From NCBI GenBank assembly GCA_964016885.1, contig OZ024740.1, forward strand, positions 63,550,001 to 63,614,000: 64,000 nucleotides of DNA. Direction: 5' to 3'. Source of the stretch: Eledone cirrhosa. Lineage: Eukaryota. Numbering within the stretch: position 1 is the first letter of the stretch; each line of letters starts with the position of its first letter. The translations under genes and the position numbers were made by a program. The notes beneath the pieces were generated by a model. That model had not been told where the DNA came from. It did not search any database and worked only from the letters and a program-made list of their open reading frames with translations. Below, piece after piece: positions 27,949-40,610 of the stretch.

Positions 27949-30464
27949 AAGAGATCCCTTGATCTTCATACAGGAAACACTATTTCTTTAGATTATGCAG
28001 ATGCATGTTTATTCGAAATATTGGGTAATAAACAGAAAAGTATTGCATAATATTTTATTTCACACAGCTGAAGCTGGTCTGGTTAAAAGATCCATGTTTT
28101 GTTACAAATTATTTAATACTGCGTTCTCCTTAGTTTGTGGGGAAATCATTGCATCTAGAAAGTTCTATGATGTACACAACTAAGAAACGCTTTGTTGAAT
28201 GTTTTCTTAGTTTCCAGTGTTAAAATCAAAGCCTTTATATTGAGGATGTGTGATCGCCAACAAAGATCCTACATGGTTTATTATTTATAGCGAACTTGCG
28301 GACTCAAGTTGCGTATTGTTCATGTTTATGCTGGAAGTAACGTATGATATTGCTTTCTAGAAATAAGACCGTTAAATGCCTCAACCCGTAAAGAAAACAG
28401 TCAGGAAATTCCATAAAGCAACCGCTGACCTGCACTCAAAATCTCCGCCAAACCAAATCCCCACCTATATTAAACCAAGACAGACGTAATAAATGCTTTT
28501 GTCCAAGACAGATGTTATAAATGTTTTTGTCCATCGATAGTCGATACAAACCATGACTTTAGCTATTTGTTTGGGTTTTGTGTATCCCTAGATGACACGT
28601 AAGTAGCCGTTGCATGTGAAGCACGCGTGTTCTCTGGAAAACCAGCTGCGAGGTCTTTGTGGAGCTTGTGTTTGGATTCCGCTGCATGGGAGCATATAAT
28701 AACTGTATTTGTGCTGTAGGAGACCAGATTGAATGCATACTTGTTATTATATTATATCAGCTATTGATTATAGTTACTGGGGCGAATCTATAATATAGAG
28801 CTATAAAATACTAATCACATGTCAGTTATCGAGAAATATTTTCTTGTTCAAATATTCACGTTATGTTTCTATCTGCTTCACAACGAAATCCTACATAATG
28901 CATACATTTCTGTTTCTCTTTGAAAGAAGACGTGCACGTCAAGTAGATTCTGTTTGTGGAATTACCGAAATATGCAAACCATTATACAGTGTCAGTTTCA
29001 AGTAATTTCTAATTCATGATCAATTTGTAGCCTTGTAAAAGCAAGTTAAAATAAATATAAAATGACATGCATAGATGCATATACAGAGAAGCTAAAATGG
29101 TAGCCTCAACGTGATAGCTTGATCTGCTAGTAAAAACAACCAAATTTCCTATCTACTTTAATGATACCTGTGTTAGTGTCAGCATATATACCTTATGTCT
29201 GTAAAAATGTAAAAAGACAGACGGTCATATCTGGAACACCCGATCATAAGTCTACTTAATCAGAGATAACCTGAAGCTAAACAAGTATATACATATTGTT
29301 TGCTTTATTTATTCAATAGCTTAGTCAAAGGAGAGAAAAAGGAGCGCCCTTCACCCTTTCCGGCTCCTCAGAAACTGGTGAAAAAGAGAGTAATTTATTC
29401 TTAAATAGGAGACGTGACCCGAATATTTGCATCATAGTTTGTCTAGCTAAAATACCGAAGGGCCAAAGTGGTCGTATTTGGCTGAGTGATGGATGGAGTC
29501 TACAAACCAAGTACAGGAAAGGTCCCTTCGACGGATTTCTGCAGAGGTCCGTCTACTAAATTTCAGTCACGAAGCTTTAGTCGACTCTAAGCTATGATCA
29601 AATACACATGTCCTATATGCAACTTCGGATAGCAGCTGGACTATCAGCTAAAAGCTTTTTAAATTAATACATATTTGTTTTCAAACATATTTTCTTCTTT
29701 CTCGCTACTTTTCTACTATCTTAAGAACATATGACTCCACTAGTTGAGACAGTTAACATCTGTTACTAGCAATGTCTTCTTGGTAAAGCGGAATTAAAAT
29801 AAATGATTTCATCCCCCGGCGTTCAAGATAATGTTATTGGAAGACATGAGAGGAATACACAAATTTTATTTCCAGAAATGTAGCATATGACTCACAGACC
29901 CAGGCTTTTGCAACGCATTAAAGCTATATCTTCTTTACTTTCTTCTTTAGTTCTGTTTGCTAACTATGGAGCATTAAGTGACACTGGATCTCCATTCCGA
30001 GCAGGGTTGCAAGCTTTGCAACGAGCCTGCTCCTTTCTCACCACAAACCAAAACCTTACCTAGAAATTCGAGGTCAAGGGGTAGGTGTCTGTAACTCTAG
30101 ACCAAGACATATTTCATGTACGTTCAGACAGAGCCAATTGAGGCTATGATTTCCCTCAATTTTCAATGGAACATACCTAGTATTGAAAAAGCACTTTTTT
30201 CAATCGTTTCAATCACTTTGAAATAAGGTTTAGTTTTTTTAATGCTGGATAACGGTACGTCCAGTATTAGAATAAAGTTTCTTAAAATCACTTTATTGTC
30301 TTTGGAGGTGGGTGCATAGTCAATTGTATTGTCCAGACTGGACGAAAGATATAGACTATTGTGGTGGAATTTGAATGCAGGTTGTAATAAAGCGCAACTA
30401 AATACCACAAGATAATTTTCTGATGCTCTAACAATTCTACTAATTCAATCATTCTCCCTTATAA

Positions 30465-31862
30465 ATAATTGTTTCTACTTTAGGCACAAGGCCAGCAATT
30501 ACCCAGTGCATTACTGGTACTTTATTTTATCGACCCCGTAAGGATGAAAGGCAAAGTCAACCTCGGCGGGATTTGAACTCAGATCGTAAAGGGACGTAAC
30601 TATGCTGGAAAGCATGGCGTCCGACCCTCTACCGATACTGCCAATCCACCGATTTCTAGTATAGGCACAAAGCCAGTAATTTTTGGGGGAGTGGAAAGTA
30701 GATTAAATCGACCCCAGTACGTTACTGGTGCTTTATTTTATCGACCCCGTAAGGATAAAAGGCAAAGTTAACCTCTGCAGGATTTTAACTCTGACCGTAA
30801 AGGGCTGTAACTCTATGCTGCAAAGCATTGTCTCCGATTCTCTACCGATACTGCCAATCCACCGCCCTATCCTCCCTTATAAATAATGATATTTAATTTC
30901 GGCACAAGGTCAGCAATTTGTAGCACGGGGAAAGTATTTGAGTGGTAATTTATTTTATTGATCCCAGGAGACTGAAAGACAAAGTTGATTTCGATGGGAT
31001 TCGAAGAGCCGGAACAAATATTGTAATGGTATTTTACCCAACACATTAACGATTCTAATAATTCATAACTCTCTCCCCTCTCTCCTCCTTTCTCTCTCTC
31101 TCTCGTTCGCTCTCTCTCTTATAAATGATTTCTAATTTAGACAGAAAGCCATCAATTTCTGGGGAGGGTGAAATCGATTATATCGACTCCAGTACTCGAT
31201 TGGTTCTTTATTTTATCGACTTCGAAAAGATAAAAAACAAAGTTGACTTCGGCAAGATTTGAACTCAGTGCACAGAAACCCAGAGCGAACGCCGCAAATT
31301 ATTTTATTCCAAGTTTTAATGACTCGACCAATACGCTGCATGTTCTCCTCTATAAATAGTGGTCTCCAATTCTAGCAAAAGATCAACAGTTTGAAGGGTG
31401 GTGAAAATCGATGATTATATCGACTTCGGTACTTTCTGTTATCGACTCCGGGAGAATGAATGGCAATGTTGACCTCGGTTGAGTTCGAATTCAGAACGTA
31501 AAGAGCCGGAACAACTCGTACTACGTAGTATATAATAATTATTTCTACCATTGACACAAGTCCAGTAATTTGGGGCAAGGGCAACGTTGATTAAAGCATT
31601 TTGCCCGACACTCCATCGATACTGACAATCCAATGCTTTTATATACTGTATAATAATTGTTGCTACTTATGGCACAAAGTCAGAAATTTGAAGGGAAGGG
31701 GAAAGTCGTTTAAATCAGCTCCAGTGCATTATTGGTACTTTATTTTATAGACCTCTAAGAATGAAAAACAAAACTAGTCTCAGTTGGATTTGAACCCAGA
31801 ATGTAAAAGGTCGTAACTAAATAAGACAAAACATTTTGCCCAGTGCTCTAACAATTCTGGCA
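30465..31862 (-). mobile_element. Cluster of about 7 co-oriented Nin/Deu-domain SINEs of different ages
   Basis: TACTTTATTTTATCGAC..AAAGTYAACCTC core recurs near 30520, 30735, 30955, 31210, 31435 and 31740, plus a deleted copy near 31540-31630. Confidence 0.85.
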
Positions 31863-32112
31863 ATAACAAAATAACAATGATATATGAACATTTTGAAATA
31901 AATTCAATAATATATGATCTGTAAAATGTTTCTTATGCTAAAAACAATGTCCCTTTATACATTTCTAGTGGGAATTCCAGTATTGGCAGCGATATTCAGG
32001 GTTATTGAATGATCGTTCCATAAGTAGGCGTAGAAGCAAGATACTAACAAGAAGTGTCGGCATCTCACAGAGAAATCAACAGTATAGGAGATATAAATTC
32101 AATTCAGGAAGC

Positions 32113-32167
32113 TGTTGTTACAGTTGCTTCTGTTATTGTTGGTTTATTTGTTTGTTGTTGTTGTAGG

Positions 32168-32201
<34 letters not shown>

Positions 32202-32290
32202 AATGGTGGTGGTGGCGGCGGCGGAGGTGGTGATGTTGCTGCTTGTGGTGGTGCTGGAAATAATGGTGGAGGTTGTGATGGTGGAGTGTT
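32113..32290. repeat. Trinucleotide low-complexity tract (GTT/GAT/GGT/GGC)
   Basis: Read directly from the sequence. Confidence 0.9.
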
Positions 32291-33662
32291 GTCATACATA
32301 AGATCTAATCGATTACACCTATAATGTAAAGCATTCCAGTTGTAATGAAAATCATCATTTTTGTAGATATAGTACATTTAGTACTACATTTCTATTCTTT
32401 TATAAGACGATGGCATGTGTATACGTTAGAACTGAGGACAATTATAGCATGCAGACCGCTAGATCTGCTACGAATTGCCTGCAATGCATAGTTCCTGATT
32501 TAATAAATACGAAATGGTTACAGTTAGAATGTTCTTGATGGCAAGTTTTCCAAACCAGGGTCGTCTAAGCAGCAAGTAAACTTTCTATAGACACAGCAAC
32601 ATTGTATGTAACTATCGAGCTATTAAAGATGTACATTAACTGAGTGTGGGAGAGGTAAAATATGTTTAATGTGAGACCTATAAGCAGTCTAGTTGGTTGA
32701 AGCACCATCTATCGACTTCGTACATTTTGCAAAGTCTCTAATGTCAACCTGTCTAGAAAGGTAATCAATTTCTAAGCCATATAACTAAGAAAAGTAATAG
32801 TCAGTCTTCTATTGACAGTATTTATGTATTTCACATTCGGTATCTCTAAACATATTTATTTTCTATTCCCTTGGTTAAAACAATAACTTTAACAGTAAGC
32901 CTATTGAATTCTCTATCCACGCTAAATTTTCATTAGAGATGACTAACTGAAGTAATTACAGGTTAAACCTTTTCATTATCATATTTCTGTAAAATTATAT
33001 TACCTTTGTTGTTGTTTTTTTAGACCTAAGGTGGCGAATAGGCAGAGCTGTTGGGACGTCGGATTTAAAATGCCTCGGTATTTGTTCCGGGTAACTGAGC
33101 TTTGAGTTCAAATCCCGCCAAGATCAACTTTGTCTTTGATCCTTTAGAAGTTGATAAATAGAGTACATTACCGTACGCTACGACAGCGTCCATATGACTC
33201 TATTAAGTGCTAAGGGCTATTTTTTTATAGTTTTTAACAATTTTTTTAAAAATAACCAAGTATTTTGGAGATATCTTAGTAAAATAACTTCGTTATTACT
33301 AAACTAGTGATTGGAACAAAAAAATATATTCTTGCATAGAATTATGCTGAGTAGTTTTATCTTAAATATGAATATATGAAAAGGGAAGGTTTTATATTAG
33401 AACTAGAGTATCATGTATTAATATATGTGCCCTTTTCTAATTAATATCTTTATTTGCCTTTATCGATCACGTACTTATAACAAGTTATTCCACTTTCGTT
33501 CTACAATTGTTGATTTAATATCTGTTTTCATGTCATATTTCAGGGAATTTCTCAACAACGCATGATATATTTTCTTTATTACTTAAAATGAGTAATTTGC
33601 TACTAAAAAGATATAACTATCTTCCTGGGATTTGATATCTCAAGTAGTGTATGTATGTATAT

Positions 33663-35193
33663 GTTCTTCTGGTTTTATAATTTCACAAAGTTTTACCAAT
33701 AGAGAGAGAGTCGGTTTCTAACATAGACACAAGACTCTCTCATTGGAATTTACACAACATCAACTAGGTAGATATGTATGTATGTCTGCATGCATGCCTG
33801 CATGCATGCCTCCATGCATGCATGTGTAGATATGGATGTTATTGTATGTGTGGATGTGTATGTTTTGAGTTGTATGTGTGCATGTGTATATGCTTTGTAT
33901 CTGTACATGTGTATATGCAGTTATTAGATGCAAAATTTTTGGAATGTTTTACATACTTTTACTGTTCCATTAATGGATTGTACTTGTAATTTCCTAACTA
34001 GTTGTGTTCTTTCTGTTCCTGTGAAGCCTAGCTTCTCAAGATTTGTATTGAGGCAGTTACTAACATACCCCAGTGCCCCAATAATCACAGGCATAAATCT
34101 GAAGGTATAGTCAGGGTGGAGTATCTGCAGATTTCTCATCAGTTCTGCATAAATATTCTTCTTTTCACTAATCTTTGATATTATATTGGCATCTGCTGAG
34201 CAGCTAATTTCCACTACTATGCATGTTTTCTTCTCCCTGTCCCATATCATAATATCTGGTCTGTTATGCCTGCATTTTATTGGGGTTTTTACTGGAACAT
34301 TCCACCAGTACTCTTTCATATTATGTACATGGATGTCTTCCACATTGCTGTAGCTTTTAATGTGTTTATCATCGGGGCTATCTTTTTACGAACTGCATTG
34401 TACAGTGTTTTGGCCACTACATCATGCCTCATAGGTAGATAGTACCGTGATGACATCTTTGGGCAGCTGCTGATGACATGGGTGATATCCTCGATGTTAG
34501 TTCTGCAGAGTCTGCACTTGTTATCACATCTAGGTGTTTTGCCTGCATCCCTATCTCTTTTGTGAATCAGGTATTTCGTGCTAATCTCCTGTTCTTGGAT
34601 TGCAAAAGCGTATCCTTCAATGTGGGAGCCAATATAGCGGTTGTTGGTCCAAGATAGACTACTTTCCTTATCTATATTACTCTCACTCTGGAGCTTCCTG
34701 GCAACATATCCATGCATGATTTTTTGCTGATAGGCATGCAGTTTTTCATCCATCGATTCACTGCGATACTGCTGAGCGACATCCTTGGGTGTGAGTTTTT
34801 GATTATCACACAGGGAATATCTCTCAAGGAGTTCCTTCCCAACTCTCATGATCTTATCTGTTTCATGCAGATAGACTTGCTCGAGAAGCGGGCTCCTTCG
34901 CTTCGAGGTTCGTACATGTTGTCGGAGAGATATGATGCGACATTCAAATGTTGTCTAGACTGATGTTAGGCCTCTGCCTCCCTGCCTACGTTTCAAGTAA
35001 AGGCGGTCTATGTCACTGTTGATGTGGAAGTTTCCGGTGTTGTTCAGTATTTTTCGAGTTCCAACATCAACTGCTCGGATTTCATCTATCGTCCAATTAC
35101 GTATTCCAAACGTTGGTGTTAGGACAGGCACAGCAAACACATTGTGAGCCACTGTTTTGTTTTGCGCAGAGTTCCGATGACCAGATCTTTCTT
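33663..35193 (-). mobile_element. R4/Dong-clade retrotransposon 3' part: thumb, CCHC finger, restriction-like endonuclease and 3' UTR
   Basis: RLYLKRRQGGRGL, CRLC..EDITHVISSC, MRHDVVAK, RHNRPDIMIWD..VEISC, VIIGALG. Flanked by (ATGT)n. Confidence 0.9.
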
Positions 35194-35829
35194 GTATATA
35201 TGTATGTATGTATGTATGTATTTATGTATGTTTATGCATGTATGTGTATGTATATCTATGTATGTATGAATGTGTGTATGTGTATGTATGTGTCTATGTG
35301 TATGTATGTGTCAATGTGTATGTATGTATCTATGTGTATCTATGTGTATGTACGCATGTATGTATGTATGTATATATGTATCTATGTATCTATGTATGTA
35401 TGTGTCTTTGTGTGTATGTATGTGTAGGTGTGTATGTGTAGCAGTGAATTTATATGTATGTGTGTATGTATATGTTTCTGGATGTTTGTGTAAACGTGCA
35501 TTTATGTATGTGTTTATGCATGTATGTATGTATGTATGTATGTATGTATGTATGTATGTATGTATGTATGTATGTATGATTGTGTATGCATATATGTGTA
35601 TTTATGAATGTGTGCATGTGTATGTATGTGTCTATGTGTATGTATGTATGTAACTTGGGTTACATACGGAAATATATAAAAATCTTAAGCATTTTTACCA
35701 ACAGTGTCTTCACCGAATACTCGGCATCCATTTGCAATTTCATGTAAGTGATGTTGAAGTGCCGGAATAAAGTCATTTTGAAAGTATTGAATCTATCATA
35801 ATTCAACGCAGATTCTGCTGGAACCGCCA

Positions 35830-36470
35830 TGTTGTAAGAATGCCAGATCATCTTATTCTTAGCAGTGTCTGTACGGGGAATTGATCAAAGGCAAACGGCC
35901 AAGATTTACACCAATACACAAGTATAAAGACTGCATCAAAAGAGCCTTGATAAAGTAAAAGATTTCAGAGATAACTGGGAAGACATTGCCTTAGATCGAT
36001 CATCTTGGAGGAAAACAATGTTTAATGGAAAATAGGAATTTGAAAAATCTCATATGGAGCATGAAACTCTGAAAAGAGTTCTGTGTAAGGGTCTGCATGA
36101 CATTACAATACCTAGATTTTCGGATGTTCAATATGACTGTGTGCAATTAGTGTGGACAGGTTTGCCTTGGAGCAGCAATGTACAAAATGTTCTTGTCGAT
36201 TATGGACTCTGGCATTTCTTCCTGTCTAGAATGTGGAACACAATATGCCTCGATTGGCAAATTCTGACATTATTTGAACGTTCACCAAAACAAAACGGAC
36301 CGAAAGTGAGAGTAACATTTATCACATCAGCACATGCAGAAAGAAATATAAGTTCTTAGCAGGTATAAATCGCCATGTTCTTGCTACTCAGGTATGACAA
36401 AAGGATCTAGAAATGGTAATTCTCAAAATCGAGATTCATCCATTATATATGTATGTATGCATGTATGTAT
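35830..36470 (+). mobile_element. Decayed RTE LINE 3' end with tail
   Basis: LYGELIKGKRP..YKDCIK..WEDIALDRSSWRK is homologous to 6255-6470. Tail CTC..GAG..CCATT(ATGT)n. Confidence 0.7.
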
Positions 36471-36474
36471 GCAT

Positions 36475-37321
36475 GTTCTTCTGGTTTTATAATTTCACAA
36501 ATTTTTTCCCAATAGAGAGAGAATCGGTTTCTAACATAGACACAAGACTCTCTCATTGGAATTTACACAACATCAACTAGGTAGATTATGTATGCATGCA
36601 TGCATGTGTAGATATGGATGTTATTGTATGTGTGGACGTGTATATTCTGAGTTATATGTGTGCATGTGTATATGCTTTGTATCTGTACATGTGTATATGC
36701 ATGTGTATATTCCATTAATGGATTGTACTTGTAATTTCCTAACTAGTTGTGTTCTTTCTGTTCCTGTGAAGCCTAGCTTCTCAAGATTTGTATTGAGGCA
36801 GTTACTAACATACCCCAGTGCCCCAATAATCACAGGCATAAATCTGAAGGTGTAATCAGGGTGGAGTATCTGCAGATTTCTTATCAGTTCTGCATAAATA
36901 TTCTCCTTTTCGCTAATCTTTGATATTATATTGGCATCTGCTGAGCAGCTAATTTCCCCTACTGTGTATGCTTTCTTCTCCCTGTCCCATATCATAATAT
37001 CTGGTCTGTTATGCCTGCATTTTATTGAGGTTTTTACTGGAACATTCCACCAGTACTCTTTCATATTATGTACATGGATGTCTTCCACATTGCTGTAGCT
37101 TTTAATGTGTTTATTATCGGGGCTATCTTTTTTACGGATTGCATTGTACAGTGTTTTGGCCACTACATCATGCCTCATAGGTAGATAGTACCGCGATGAT
37201 ATCTTTGGACAGCTGCTGATGAAATGGGTGATATCTTCGATGTTAGTTCTGCAGAGTCTGCACTTGTTATCACATCTAGGTGTTTTGCCTGCATCCCTAT
37301 CTCTTTTGTGAATCAGGTATT
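36475..37321 (-). mobile_element. R4/Dong-clade 3' fragment (second copy)
   Basis: Highly similar to 33663-34575. Confidence 0.9.
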
Positions 37322-37416
37322 GGAACTTCCAATTTGACTCGTGTTCGTATTGCTTATTGCCATTGGGACGGCTGTTCCTACGAATATGATTAGGAAGTTG
37401 TATGAATTAGTATTAA

Positions 37417-37871
37417 TTAGTGGAACCCGTGGAAATTCCACGAACGGAAAAATTAAGAGAAGCTATTAAATTAAGAGGAGCTATTAAAGACGCTCATCTA
37501 GTTGAATATTATCTCTTCTCTCCCGTTGTCTTAGTCTACCTTGCTCTAAAATGATATACCTCTGTTCTTCATTCATTTTCTCACGTCTCTGTAGACATAC
37601 ATACACACACAATTCATTACAATTGTGTATGTGTATTTGCATATGTATACATATATATGTATGAGTATATAAATATAAACGTGCAAACACATACACTCAC
37701 ACAAAACACACACACACATACACTCACACAAACGCACTCATACACTCACACAAGTGTAGCTAATCTTGGCACGATCATTGCTATAGCGTTTCACCAGCCC
37801 CTTCCTTCTTCAATCATTACACAGATGTGTGTGTATTTAAAAATTATTTTGTATAATGTGTCTATTTTTGA

Positions 37872-37960
<89 letters not shown>

Positions 37961-38074
37961 TTTGCATTTCTGTTGTCTGTATCTGTTTATGTATTTACGT
38001 GTAGATGTGTGTGTAGTAACTAAAGCGTAACGTACGTTACGAATGGACGAAACACAAGCAGAATTATATTAAGA
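37417..38074 (-). mobile_element. Probable decayed non-autonomous Helitron
   Basis: Minus strand 5' ATCTTAATATAAT; 3' hairpin CGTGGAATTTCCACG then CTAA (CTAG-like). Filled with microsatellites. Confidence 0.5.
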
Positions 38075-38711
38075 TGTTTTAAGCCTGTCTTTTGTATGTC
38101 CACATATGTATATGTAACATATACAATGCAGGCATGACCAAATGGTTAAGAATTTAACCTTCATAATCAAGAGGTCACGGGGTCGATCTTACTCCTGGAT
38201 ATCTTGGACAAATATCTTTATGATAGCTTTGGGTTGTCTTAAGCTTTGAGAATGAAACTGTGTAGAAGCCTGTTGAATGGATTGAATCTGTAATTCAAAG
38301 GTTCAACTTTGACACTTATTGCTTCACGCTGATTCTACCTGAGAATTACGGTAAGTGTACACTTTTCTGTGGTATAGTCAACTACTTACGCATTAATTCA
38401 CGAGTCGAGCGTGCAATTGATCAAAATATTGAATGTTCATCGTCGAAGACGACGATGGCTTCATCCTCATCGCCATAATCATGTAAAGTAGTTCTGATTT
38501 ACAAGCTAAAATGCAATACGCATACGAACATACAAATCTATTTACCGTCGGAAAAGGAGTATTTATGTCGACATATGTAACCTAACTTGATATCAGTCAA
38601 GAAACGTCATATATAGTTTCTAAATCTGAATAGTATTTTTCAATTGTTTTTCTTTTAGCTTTTCCTACAAATGGTAACGTATAGTAATCTTCTTAAATTG
38701 TATATATATAT

Positions 38712-38769
<58 letters not shown>

Positions 38770-38860
38770 GTATACATATACGTATACATATATATATATT
38801 TGTGTGTGTTCTCTCTCGCTCTCTCTCCCTCTCTCTCTAAACCCTCCCCCCCCTCTCTCC

Positions 38861-38893
<33 letters not shown>

Positions 38894-39337
38894 AACTGAC
38901 AAATGGAGGCCCTTAATAACATGCTGCAAAATTGTATCCTTCATCTTGTTTTTTTTTTATTTATTTCAATGTATCTGAAAGAATTAGACGTATTTACATC
39001 TACGAAACTACAGATAATCATAAATACGTTAAACTGTTATATAAATAGGGTGGTGTTTCTGTTAGTATATATAATAGCTGGTGGCATAACACTTGGTGGT
39101 GAAGTGGCAAAGTCGATAGAACGCTGAATTGAATGCTTTGCAATATTTTTTCCGGTCCATTGCACTCAGAGTTCAAATCCCGTTACGGTCAACTTCGACT
39201 TTCAGCCTTTGAGATAAAATTAAGAAGCAGTTAAATAACATTACATATTGTTTATAATTCTTTACAGAATGAAAATATAAATAAATATAATTAATATACA
39301 AAGCATATAAAGAAATTTACAGTAGAATAACATAACA

Positions 39338-40055
39338 AGCGAGAAACAGACTGTCTGTCGATCACTCTCAGCTGTTATTTGCCGAGATTAAGTAAGTGAC
39401 ATAGTCACTACTTTAAAACTCAAAGCGTATAGTCTTCTAAATGTTTTTAATTAAACATACAGTATATTGCCAAATATACAATACATACATTCATATATAT
39501 ATATTAGGATTGGTGCTCTGAAATAGAGATGTATACATGAATGTATGTATAGTATATTTGGCAATATACCGTATGTTTAATTAAAAACATTTAGAAGACC
39601 ATACGCTATCGGTTTTAAAGTAGTGACTATGTCACTTACTTCTTTTCGGCGAAAGAAGGGGGAGAAATTAACAGTCTGTTTCACGCTGGTTGGCGATCAT
39701 CAGAGCCACGCACCCCCTGCTTCCGCCGTAAATTATAGCAGCTGGATTCTTATAGAATCTTATAGGAGCTGATTATACAGAGCGATTGCCGGTCCAGCAA
39801 AAATTAGGTATTAGGATTGGTGCTCTGAAATAGCGATGTATACATGAATGTATGTATAGCATATTTGGCAATATACCGTATGTTTAATTAAAAATCCTAA
39901 TACCTAATTTTCGCCAACCAGCGTGAAATAGACTGTTAGCTTCTCTCCCTTCTTTCGCCATAGTCACTACTTTAAAACCGATAGCGTATGGTCTTCTAAA
40001 TGTTTTTAATTAAACATACGGTATATTGCCAAATATACTATACATATATTCATAT
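39338..40055. mobile_element. Retrozyme-like ~307 bp hammerhead unit: tandem (-) copies plus inverted (+) partial copies
   Basis: Period 307 (39507 vs 39814). 39894-40055 and 39338-39495 are inverted copies. Confidence 0.8.
39666..39707 (-). ncRNA. Minimal type I hammerhead
   Basis: GGCT-CTGATGA-TCGC(caacca)GCGT-GAAA-CAGACTG-TT-AATT. The sister copy at 39911-39941 has AGCT, which restores stem I. Confidence 0.72.
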
Positions 40056-40267
40056 ATATATATATATATATGTTCTAGCACGTGGTTTGAATTCTTTTCA
40101 GAATTCATTGACCTGCGCATGTATTGTTTTTTGGCGGCAATCTCCTTCCTCCTTTTTTGAGACAGTGTGAGATTTTCTTTAGAACCTAGCAGCTACCTCA
40201 AGCACTGATGGTGATTATCGCTAGATATTGATGTTGATTTGATTATCAATATTAATATTATTGGGCA

Positions 40268-40385
40268 CCCACTGAAGAATTATAAGAGCCCACTTGAATA
40301 AATATCTGTTGGTCTTATACAAGCTTCTACATAAATTGGTATAATTTCACCCAACTTGTAGAAATCTTATAATGAAACGTCTGGG
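40268..40385 (+). ncRNA. Type I hammerhead with extended stem II, inside a ~490 bp insert (40072-40557) between (TA)n tracts
   Basis: CCCA-CTGAAGA-ATTATAAGA-[~77 nt including a TTCTACA/TGTAGAA hairpin]-TCTTATAAT-GAAA-CG-TC-TGGG. Confidence 0.85.
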
Positions 40386-40554
40386 AAGGGATATATTGAT
40401 ATATCTCATATGAAATGATACAACCAATTTTCCACACAATACAATTAGTTAGCACCCCGAACGTTTAATTAGGAATATACACAGTTATTTCCTAATGTTT
40501 CTTGAGTGAGTTGGGATTTGGCCGGGGTATCGCTATTAGCTTTCTGCGATTATG

Positions 40555-40605
<51 letters not shown>

Positions 40606-40610
<5 letters not shown>

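Noticed and set aside
28000-30450. Less repetitive stretch as possible host exons
   Set aside because: No recognisable protein motif, and it includes decayed repeats. Small exons cannot be excluded without RNA-seq.
32104-32377. Poly-His/Asp/Gly/Pro ORFs, and the (CAG)n at ~44472-44516, as host exons
   Set aside because: Simple triplet repeats with no flanking domain or convincing splice context.
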